From Eledone cirrhosa (Eukaryota): DNA of 23,738 nucleotides. The position numbers were made by a program, and so were the translations under genes. The notes below the pieces were generated by a model, which was not told the origin of the DNA, did no database searches, and saw only the letters and a program-made list of their open reading frames with translations. This document shows, piece by piece, positions 12,655 through 23,738 of the stretch; the first letter of the stretch is position 1; each line of letters starts with the position of its first letter. The stretch covers positions 1 through 23,738 of the forward strand of contig CAXHJY010000374.1 of the NCBI GenBank assembly GCA_964016885.1, given 5' to 3'.

Positions 12655-13205
12655 TTATGTTCCACTGTTTAACTGGAGGTAGCACATTAATCCCCACCCC
12701 GTTGTTTTTCATCCAATCCCCTTATGTAATGAAGGATAGCGTATATATCTCTTCTCCACTCAACCAATGTAACTGGAGACAACATCAATCTCTGCTCTAC
12801 TCCACTTTAGCTAGAGGTAGAATCTATCTCTCCTCCACTCCACTGATAATACTCGATGCAGCATATGTATCTCTACTCTACTCCGCCAATCTAACTGATG
12901 GTAAAGCCTATCTGTCCTTCACTTCATTAATGTAACTGGAGTTAGAATCTATCTATTTTACACTCCATCAATGTAAGTAGTGGCAGCATATTTATACCTC
13001 ATCCACTCCACCAGTGTGAATGGAGGCAGCATATTTATTTTGCCTCTACTCTACCAATGTATGCATAAGCAGGATATGTATCTTTCCATCACTCCATTCG
13101 TGAAATTTGAAGTAAGGCCTAAACTATATGTCTATAATTTGCTCCGCCTATATACTAGACGACATCACATTTATCGTACTATTCCACCTCTCTAACTGGA
13201 AGCAG
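12655..13205. repeat. Degenerate minisatellite, ~38-40-bp unit
   Basis: Recurrent ctccact...aatgtaactggag...tatct motif, roughly a dozen or more copies. Confidence 0.8.
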
Positions 13206-13379
13206 GTCATTTAGATACATTTTATTCAACATATAGAGCATGGGGTATCTAACACTAATTCATATCCATATTCTTCATCGTTGCGGTATATTCACGTGTG
13301 GAAGTCCGGGAATCTAACATGTAATATATCTAAAATAAATAAGCCAACCAAGTCGCATACGTCAGCACTGTCGAACAAT

Positions 13380-14943
<1,564 letters not shown>

Positions 14944-14996
14944 AAATAAAATAAAATAAATAAGTCAAATGTTTAAAATTTAGCTTCGTTTATTAT

Positions 14997-15047
14997 TGCT
15001 ATATATATTTCGGTGATAGCCATCTTTGGCTGTGACCTCTTCAGGCA
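14997..15047 (-). ncRNA. Minimal type I hammerhead ribozyme
   Basis: Minus strand: tgc CTGAAGA ggtcacagcca-aaga-tggctatcacc GAAA tatata TA gca. Intact core, palindromic stem III (atatatat), AUA triplet, stem I tgc/gca. Confidence 0.85.
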
Positions 15048-16320
15048 GTCCGAATTAGTGTGGTATAGACAAGTACATATGGTGTTGAGGTGTATAACAT
15101 TGTCAATACTCTGATATGCGCAGTTCCTGGTTGGGTTGTTATTTCACTGAGGAACTGGAATCATATGAATTCAAACAAACGAATTTCAGTGTCAAAAGGC
15201 CTCTTCTCCTCTCATTGGTCAGTTGTTAGAACATTCCTCATTCAAAAGTCTATAGAAATTCGTTCTGAGGCAAGCCAATCTGTAGTTGTTGTTCTTGTTA
15301 TTGTTAGGTACATCTGACCTCAATTCTTGTGTTGGTAGTGTTGTTATTGTTGGAGTTAGCTCAACAAAATTGATAAAGTGGTAGAAGGAATAAGATGGTA
15401 AAGGAACAAAATAACAAAAAAATGTCAAACTTCCCATTGGTCAGTTTTGAGAGTATTCCTCAGTCCAAAGTCTATAGAAATTCTTTCTGGGGTGAGGCTC
15501 CCTGTAGTGTTTGTGTTTGCTATTGTTAAGTACATCTGACCTCTACCCTGATTTTGGTAGTGTTGTTGGTGTTGGTCTTGCTGCTGCTGACAATTTAGAA
15601 GTATCTGTGTGTGTGTTTTTTCAACCCTCCTGCCACCATTTCCCGTGGTGGTGTTGGGGGGGGGGGCGGTTCTTCCATGTATATGAAGAAATATAAGGCA
15701 ATAAAATGAAGAAAACAGAAAATAAATAATAAATAGAGAATAAAGAATAAATGAAAAATTAATGAAAAAGTAATGAAAAGGTAATGAAAATGAATATGGA
15801 GAAGTGAAAAATAAAATGAAAATTCAAATAAAGTAAGATAAAGTGTGTGCGTGATATAACCAATCTCAAGGTTAGAAATATGTTGGATAGATTGGTATGA
15901 GGACCAAGATGGTAAAAGAATAAGATAATCAAATAAAATGTGTTTGTGTTATAACCAATCTCAACTTAAAAATAAATATAAGGTGATAAGGTGAAGAGAA
16001 CAGAAAACAAATAACAAATTAATAATGAGAAATCAAAATTGAAAAATTGAAAAATTGAAAAATTGAAAAATCAAAATTCAAGTAAATTAAAATGTGTGTG
16101 TTATAAAGATGTTGGCCAAATTATAATCGCTGTGTCAGAATCAATCTCTAGGCTAACATGGTGTCTGCACAGCCTAAGTTGGTCCCTATGGCTTGAGGGG
16201 AGTTCTCAACCTAGGGTGTTGTTATTGCCCATATAGCCCGAGGGAGGTCTGGCCGAGAGGTGTCTACATGTTCTGGAGAAGTCCCTCTAGCTTGAGAGGA
16301 GTTCACATCTTCTTGTGTTG

Positions 16321-17915
16321 CTACTGTCCATATATCTTGAGGAAGGTCCCGGCCCTGAGGTGTCTACATGTCCCGAAGAAGTCGGTCCTGAGGTTTATCA
16401 GGCCGCTTCCACCTCTTAGTATCTCGAGGGTCTCGTTCAGGCATAGTTTGCATATGCAAGAGCCCCCTTTATCGGGTGGTACTTTCCTGATTATGTACCA
16501 GGCCAGAGAGTACGGGGTCCTGACCAGCTTAAGCTTCCAGATCAGGTCGGAGAGAGCCGTGCTTTTACTTTTGGCCTCCTTATTGAAGGAATGGCGATGG
16601 TTGTACCAGCGGTCTTTAAAGCTCATTGATGTGGCACCTATGTAGAGGTGTTCGGAGTTGGGGTTTTTAACCCTACAACCGTATACTACGTTCTTCTTAA
16701 GGCATTCATTACTAAGGGGGCATGATTCGGGGTTTCTGCAGTTGTAGAGGGTGGTCGACCTCTTTGCCTATATTGGAGTTCCCATTAGGTGTTACATGGT
16801 GGTCTTCCCCCAGGCACGGTGGGGGGTCCCCGGGTTTGTTTAGGTTTCTTGGGTGGGCACTGGGTCCCCCCCTTCCCTCCTTTCACATGGTTCTGCTGAA
16901 TGCTTGTATTGCCATCTTCTGGTTGTGTGCGGTTTTTAAGCCTACTCCTGTTGATGCTAGCTATGTGTTGGGCCAGATTTCTCGTGGTGGAATACGAGAG
17001 CTTCACAGTGTGTCTGTTGAAGATCCTGTGGTATCTATGGTCCCACAGGAAGCTTTTATCAAGTGCTCCAAAGAATGATCGGGCCAAGCTATTCTTTAGG
17101 GCCGCCGAGTAGGGTGGGTTGTACCACGTGATGTTTCTGTGTCTCCTCCTATATGTGTGGGTCAGGGGCGTCGTGAGTTGTTGGAGATTTGTTGGGTTGC
17201 TGGTGGTTCCCGCACTGTTGCTTCCCCTTTGGGCGCTATGCGTTTCGCTAGCTTCACGGCGCGAATATGTGGGGTGGTCGTTGCCCGCGCTGGGAGATCT
17301 ATCGTGGGGTGGTCCCCCGTTACTCCTCCCACGTGTCCTGCGGTTGGGGTCGTTGGTCCTGGGGTGGTTAGCGTCACCCCTGAGACTGCGACTCATATTG
17401 GGTTTCATCTCATGGTTAAGCGTACCAATCACCAACGCCCGTGTGGTGGTGTCGGGCTCATGGTGCCTATTTGTTTCTGTTCCGCCTGTATTGTTAGGGT
17501 TCGACCCCCCCCCCCGGGGCAACGCGGGTGAGGGTGTCCGTTGGGCCATCCCCATCCCGGCGTTTCGGACTATATGTTATATTCTGGCCATGTGCTGCCT
17601 TATTTAGAGCTGCGTTGTAATATTCCGCGTTGTTATCGAATATTTCCTTACTAGCGGACAGGCTGGAGATCCTGTCCGAGACACTCTTCACCACTGCCTT
17701 GGTTATGGATCTAGGGTGGTTTGAATTGGCGTTAACATACACGAGTTTCTCGTTGGGCTTGTGGTAGGGTAGTATTGTTCTGTGTTCAGGTTTAGGGTGG
17801 TGTCTAGGAAGTTAACTACGTTCCTATTTGGGTCTAGTTCTATACTGAGCCCCTGGTTCTTAAAGAAATGGCAAATCTGCCTCCTCATTCCCTCCAACAT
17901 ATTGGTGCTGTGTAT
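16321..17915 (-). pseudogene. PLE RT C-terminus/thumb plus GIY-YIG endonuclease, frameshifted
   Basis: Track ORFs 17703-17981, 17494-17742, 16785-17555 and 16321-16626 are consecutive pieces. YIG at 16636-16644. Confidence 0.88.
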
Positions 17916-17940
17916 GTCCTTTTGTTGGGCTGTTGGTGGA

Positions 17941-20535
17941 AATAGAAATAGAAACAACACAACTAACAATAACAATAGCACTAGTACTCATAAAGCAGCA
18001 GCCTGGAACTCTACTTTTTATAATCCTTCCGATAAGTCGTTCGACCTGCAACGAGTCCACGCCACGACTTTAGCTTTTAACAAACGCACGCAATTGCCGT
18101 CGCAGGTCGATGAACAAACAGAAGCACAATTTACTATATCTAGATCTAAACTTAGAAATATTATAGAACAGTATAGCAAGAAGCATAATAGAATGGAGGC
18201 CCAGCAACTAGGAGAAAAATCTGCAAATGGCTTCCGTAAGCTCATGCAGCGCTCGCGTAAAAGAGAGATAGAATGCTTTCCAACAGACAAGTCTGGCAGA
18301 TTGTCGGTTGACAGTCGGCCAAACTACATCCAGGCAATGCAACCCCACATCACTAACACAAGAGAAGTAACACCACAAGAGCATGAGGATAGCGAAAAAG
18401 CCCTCAATGCCCATATAATGATGTGGCCAAATATAATGCAGCCCAACAAAAGGACTGCCAACAACTTCCAGTCCTGGAACAATGACGTGCCAGCGTTGTA
18501 TGGGTTTCGAAAAGACCCTAAAACGAGCAGTGACCCTGTCACAGGACCACCAACACGGCCAGTCTGTGGGGCTAACATTGCTAGTAACTACAGACTGTCC
18601 CACTTCCTCTCCCTGATCATACGCCCCATCATTGAAATATCCCCAGATGTAATGTGACAGCACGGAGGACCTCCTCAGCAGAATCGGCGAGAGTAACCGA
18701 TCTAGGGACCTAACACACTGCATAATAGGTAGTATGGATGTTTTGTCCCTGTATCCTTCTATTGACGTGGATTTTGCTGTGGAGAAATGCGTAGAAATGA
18801 TCAGTGAGAGCAATGTTGAATTCCGTGGGATTGATACCAGTGAGCTGGGACTCCTACTTAAACTTAGCTATAGTAATAATTATCTAGATACATATGACCT
18901 TAGCAACCTGTGCCCTACAAGACCAGCAAGAGGCAGACCACCTACCATTACCTCAATGGCCAAGAAAACCAACACAGATAGATGGAACGGGTGGACTTGA
19001 GCCATACGGACCCCCGAAAACCACGATGAACTAAAGAAAATGATTGCACATGCGGTGGGGGCCAGCATAAAATTAATCCTTAAGGAACATATGTTCAAAT
19101 TTAATGGAAAAACATATGCCCAAGAGGAGGGAGCAGCCATTGGTATTAGCATTGCAGGCGATATAGCTAACCTATTTATGGTATGGTGGGGCAGTAGACT
19201 TAAACTTAAACTTAAAGAACAATTAGAAGACCCCTCAACCCTAATAATGTACTCCCGCTACGTTGATGATATAAACATCTTAGTAAAAACACCCCACTAG
19301 AGAACAGTCAGGAATTAGAGAAAAACACAATGGAAAGCATCCAGCAAATAGCTAACACCATCCACCAGAGTATTAGAGTTACTATAGACTACCCAAGCAA
19401 ACACCCCAACCATCGATTACCTGTACTAGACACAGAGCTCTGGTTAAATACCATTAATAACAAAAAACAAATCCTCCATTCCCATTATGCCAAATCCATT
19501 ACTTCCAAATATCTGATCCACCGAAACTCAGCTGTTTCGGACCATACCAAAATCAACATACTGATTGCGGATTTGGTACGAGTGATGAGAAACGTGTCCC
19601 GCATGTGCAACCCCAAAGAACTAGAGAGACACATACAACCCTTTATCCACCGTATGCAGTTCTCTGGTTACAATCAGAGAGATAAAATCAGAGTATATAG
19701 AGGAGCCAGAACCAAATGGGAAAAAATGGTAAATAATTGTTTCTACTTTAGGCACAAGGCCAGCAATTACCCAGTGCATTACTGGTACTTTATTTATCGA
19801 CCCCGTAAGGATGAAAGGCAAAGTCAACCTCGGCGGGATTTGAACTCAGATCGTAAAGGGACGTAACTATGCTGAAAAATGGTAAATAATGACACAAATG
19901 GGACCAGCCCCTTGCATAGGAGCAAATTTTGGAATAGAATAGAAAGAACTAGGAATAAGGCTAATAGAATAAACTCATGGTATGATAGCAATAAATACCA
20001 GAGTGTAATGTTCATCGATACAACCCCTACAGGTGAATTAGCTTACAAATTTAGAAGGGCCCTAGATAAACATAAACTCAATATTAAGATAGTAGAAAGA
20101 CCAGGTACCTCCATAAAAACACTTGTTAGCAATACATACAATTTTCAAAGACCTCCCTGTATAGATAAGAAATGTATAATCTGTAAATTAAGCCCCCATA
20201 TTAACTGTAAAACTAGAAATGTCATATATAGCATAAGACGTACTGAAGGACAATGTAGAGATAAACATATAGTGTACATAGGTGAGTCAGCTCGTAGTAT
20301 ACGGGAACGGATAAATGAACACTGGCGAGACCTTCAAGATAGTAAAGAATCATCTGTACTCTACCAACATGCTAAAATATAACATAAGGGTAAATTAGAG
20401 AACATAGAAATAAAAATAGAATCTACAAACAGAAAAGACGCAATGTTTAGACAAATCACAGAGGCAATAAACATAAATGAACTCCAACCAAAATTAAATA
20501 GAAAACATGAATGGAATAGCAACATCACAACTTAG
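17941..20535 (+). pseudogene. PLE reverse transcriptase-GIY-YIG polyprotein, disrupted
   Basis: Frameshift near 18652, in-frame TGA 18998-19000, frameshift near 19300, SINE insertion, in-frame TAA 20380-20382, probable end at TAG 20533-20535. Confidence 0.9.
19738..19874 (-). mobile_element. 5'-truncated SINE (Nin/Deu-domain-like) with 16-bp target site duplication
   Basis: TSD aaaaatggtaaataat at 19722-19737 and 19875-19890. Minus strand has B box gttcaaatccc followed by gcctttcatccttacggggtcgataaataaagtaccag. Confidence 0.9.
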
Positions 20536-20742
20536 AATTAAGGATAAAATGAAAACACACACGCACATAGAACAAACAACCAACCAGTAACATGCAAATA
20601 AACAAATAAATAAATGAATATAAACACACACGGAAACCCGGATGTAACACATGCGCAAACTAAGCACACAACACACACACAAAAACAAGATAGCGTAGGA
20701 CAGAACAAAGGAGAGGCTCAAAAACAAAGAAAAGAATCCCCA

Positions 20743-20785
20743 GTCACTGAAAAGGTCACAAAATGTGTGACGAAAGAACTTTGAC
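20743..20785 (+). ncRNA. Degenerate minimal type I hammerhead ribozyme
   Basis: gtca CTGAAAA ggtcaca-aaatg-tgtgac GAAA gaac TT tgac. Stem I gtca/tgac, stem II gtcaca/tgtgac. G8 is A and one C appears lost. Confidence 0.65.
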
Positions 20786-20995
20786 AATATATAAACAATC
20801 ATCTGGTTGTGGAACCAACCACCCAACCGGAAATTTATAAATTCCTAAATTTATAAATTTATTATAATAAATTGAAGTGAAGCAACTGGTGCGTGTGTTT
20901 CTTATTGGCAACATGACCCTCTCAAAGTATAACAATATCGGTTTCAACATACGTTTTCAGATAAAGAATCTTGCTAAACAAATTCAGAAACGAAA

Positions 20996-21420
<425 letters not shown>

Positions 21421-21468
21421 TTTATAAAATGTGAAGAAGGAGCACACGAGTTGGAATATATATATATA

Positions 21469-22154
21469 TAAATAGGGAGAAACAAAACGATTATTAGGAA
21501 GAAAAATTGTTAAGAAAATGGGAAAGAAAGTATAATATTATTTACAAACATGTTTTTTGGAGTAAATAAAAACGGGGTGGGGGTGATGTGGAACATGATA
21601 AGGTAATGTTAAAGAAAGAATAATATTATTTACAGGCATAGTTCTCGAGGCTAAGCAGTTCAAAAAGTGTTGTTATGGCAGGATCGCTTAGAGAAGTTTA
21701 TCCATGATGGAGGCAAATGAACTGCTTATCTTCAAGAACTATGCTTGTAAATAATATTATTCTTTCTTTCCTATTACCTGATCATGTTCCACATCACCCC
21801 TCCTTTTTTTTACTTCAAAAACCTTGTTTGTAAATAGTATTATTCTTTCTTTCCCATTTCCTTAACATGTTCAACATCACCTTATCTTCTATCCTACATT
21901 TTATACCAATACAAATTCTCTCCTTTGATAATGCATAAAATGCTGAAACCGGTAGTTGACAATTATTAAATAAATAAATTAATAAATAAATAAACCAATG
22001 CTATTGTTAATTAATACATAACTTAACTAATACCTTAACACTTCACACAAAGTAAAATATTTTGTTTTAAACATTTTCTAACCCATAAAAAAGAGAAAAA
22101 ATAAAGAAAAACAATATATTTTTTCTTCCTAATAATCATTTTTTTCTCCCTATT

Positions 22155-22156
<2 letters not shown>
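21469..22156. mobile_element. Foldback/MITE-like element with terminal and internal inverted repeats, inserted in (TA)n
   Basis: Outer IR 21469-21506 / 22120-22156. Inner IR 21508-21662 / 21718-21867 around a 55-bp spacer. Confidence 0.8.
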
Positions 22157-22185
<29 letters not shown>

Positions 22186-22186
<1 letters not shown>

Positions 22187-22746
22187 CTAGCCGAATTATC
22201 CGCGCCTTGCTGCGTTTCACACATACTTTTTGTAAGAAAATGATGATTGATTTTAAATCAGTGATATCATTGATGGAGAAAAACTTTGCCTTTCAATATT
22301 ACTCAATGTAAAATGTAATGCATGAGAAATTGGAAAATATTATTTGTTATAATATATCAAATCAAAATTACATTATTAAATCTTATTCTTATTTTGTTTC
22401 TTATTTTCTAAATAATTCTTTTCAAAACATCAATTCAAAAGATTTGTGAATAGGCATCATATCTTGTCATTTACCTAAGGTTTAAATTTCATATAAATCA
22501 ACGGGAGTTTGTGTCCCCGGTGAAACCTAATAGGGGGTTTAACCCTCATTAGGGTGTCTTAATATTATTGAAATTGGCTGCAATTTACCTATGGTTTAAA
22601 TTTCATATAAATCGAAGGGAAAACATTTTCAGCGGGAGTTTTGTGCAACCGGGGAACCCTTTGATTAAAATGAAATATACTTATCCAAGTACCCTGGGCA
22701 ATGTAGTTTCAGAATATATATAGTTATTAGATATATATAAATAGAT
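22186..22746 (+). mobile_element. Putative non-autonomous Helitron/Helentron-like element
   Basis: Starts ACTAGccgaattatccgcgccttgctgcg after (TA)n and ends ...tatataaatagat, resembling Lep1/DINE-type termini. Internal direct repeat atttaccta.ggtttaaatttcatataaatc at ~22469 and ~22583. Confidence 0.5.
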
Positions 22747-22950
22747 ACACAGATAGAGAGTCAGGTAGAGCAAGAGAGAAAGAAGGAGAGAGGATGAGAG
22801 AGAAAGAGAGAAAAAGAGACGTGAATAGATACAATATCGTTTGCGTACATTATTCGTGTTGCTTTCATATCAAACTACGATTGTTGTCACATCAATACGC
22901 CATGAGCACACGCATACAGCGATATGTATATGCGTATATATATATATATA

Positions 22951-23738
22951 ACAAAGGGATTGTGGTAAGGAACCAGATGGACCATAACGCACCAGAGTAC
23001 TCAATACTTAGGGTAGTAGAGTGGGAAATAGGAAAAAGTATGACCCCGACGGTAGAGCTCAAGACGTTTCGACGGCTATTTCTGGACTAAATTAGAATTT
23101 TTAGCCTGGTTAATAAATAGCCGAACTTGTCAAGGGGGGTACTTCCTTATATGGGAAGATTGTAGGTGCCAAGGGGATTGGTTAAAATTTGTTGTAAACA
23201 CAAATAAGTCTATCATGGCATTCGGTGGGAGGTAGGGGTGGCTGAACTTGCCTGATACAAAATTAAAGGGGTCTAACACATCTGCTATAAGTAGTTAGAA
23301 CGTATTCGGCCAATTCTATCTTAAAATTACAGGGGTGGGGAAATGTAGCTACAGAGGCCCGATGGGCTTCATCGGGGTAGGCGAAAGGGGAAAAGCAAAC
23401 AAGGAAGAAAATAGGGGGTGGAAGGAAGTGATAGGATGTATCAGTTTTGTTTCTAGTCAATTTCTACTACTTTTTTCTATTCTCAACTTATTAACCTGTA
23501 ATTGTAAGATAGCATTGTGATTTTTTTATTCATTTCCCATATCTAATTTTATATTTTTTTATTTTTTTATTTTTTTATTTCTTTCTATTATCTTTTATTG
23601 TCTCCTACTCTCATTCGAATTACCTATTCTATAACCTCCCTATTCCATTTCATACACTATCCTTAGAATCTGCTGTATACATATCACTTTCAACGCCTGA
23701 CTGCTCCACTCACACCCCTATTGTTGTACAGGCAAGTG
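22951..23738 (-). mobile_element. Non-coding 3' end/pLTR of another putative Penelope-like element, probably continuing beyond the window
   Basis: Starts at a TA run. Carries the gtactcaatac motif shared with the 607 family, a hammerhead fold, and upstream TATA-like and CCAAT motifs. Right boundary unknown. Confidence 0.6.
23038..23142 (-). ncRNA. Type I hammerhead ribozyme, U3-A8 core variant with long stem II
   Basis: Minus strand: gta-cc-cccc TTGACAA gttcggctattt...aaatagccgtc GAAA cg-tcttgagctctac-cg TC gggg-tca-tac. Confidence 0.8.

Larger units (their letters stand above)
14944..17915 (-). mobile_element. 5'-truncated Penelope-like element (Hydra-clade-like) with ~1.35-kb 3' UTR
   Basis: VNFLDTTLNL, YVNANSNHP, ITWYNPPYS, IFNRHTVKLSYS, YNCRNPESCPLSNEC, NVVY...LYIG (GIY-YIG), FKDRWYNH, CKLCLNE, TCRH. 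Frameshifted, with a terminal hammerhead. Assigning 15050-16190 to this element is inference. Confidence 0.88.
17940..20995 (+). mobile_element. Near full-length decayed Penelope-like element (Naiad-like)
   Basis: TDKSG, LYGFRKDPK..RPVC, CDSTEDLL, GSMDVLSLYPSI, QEEGAAIG, RYVDD, LPVLD, CIDKKCIIC, NVIY...VYIGES.RS..ER..EH, RQITEA..LNRKHEW. Hammerhead remnant in the 3' UTR, ends at (TA)n. Clade call tentative. Confidence 0.92.

Noticed and set aside
11146-13205. CRISPR-like repeat arrays
   Set aside because: Units are degenerate with no constant repeat and unique spacer pattern, the context is eukaryotic and no cas genes are present.
16193-17607. Plus-strand ORFs of 70-162 aa
   Set aside because: Antisense shadows of the GC-richer minus-strand PLE coding region.
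17782-18657. 291-aa ORF as a single gene
   Set aside because: Chimeric: the first ~50 codons are antisense of the minus PLE and junction filler, and the rest is the plus PLE.
18998-19000. In-frame TGA as selenocysteine, as reported for some Naiad PLEs
   Set aside because: Not at an evident conserved Cys, simply explained by CGA>TGA decay, the copy has other lesions, and I see no SECIS by eye. The family consensus plus SECISearch would settle it.

Overview
AT-rich, microsatellite-saturated eukaryotic intergenic or intronic DNA with no host protein-coding gene that I can support. The repeat make-up suggests an invertebrate, possibly a cephalopod (inference only). Nearly all ORFs in the track are translations of (TA)n/(CA)n/(TG)n/(TTC)n arrays. 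The real content is a nest of decayed retroelements. It holds three 5'-truncated Penelope-like elements (PLEs, RT plus GIY-YIG endonuclease): 13.4-14.7 kb (+), 14.95-17.9 kb (-) and 17.94-21.0 kb (+). It also holds several non-coding PLE-type termini embedded in (TA)n, RTE-clade LINE fragments, two copies of a Nin/Deu-domain-like SINE (one inserted in a PLE with a 16-bp TSD), a tRNA-like SINE head, a foldback/MITE and a Helitron-like element. The most notable hidden signal is six type I hammerhead-ribozyme folds from four sequence families, plus one doubtful remnant. They include a U3-A8 core variant with a long stem II (23038-23142, -), a minimal palindromic-stem-III form (14997-15047, -), and a pair carried on an apparently perfect 165-bp inverted repeat. 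All structures were folded by eye and none was tested.
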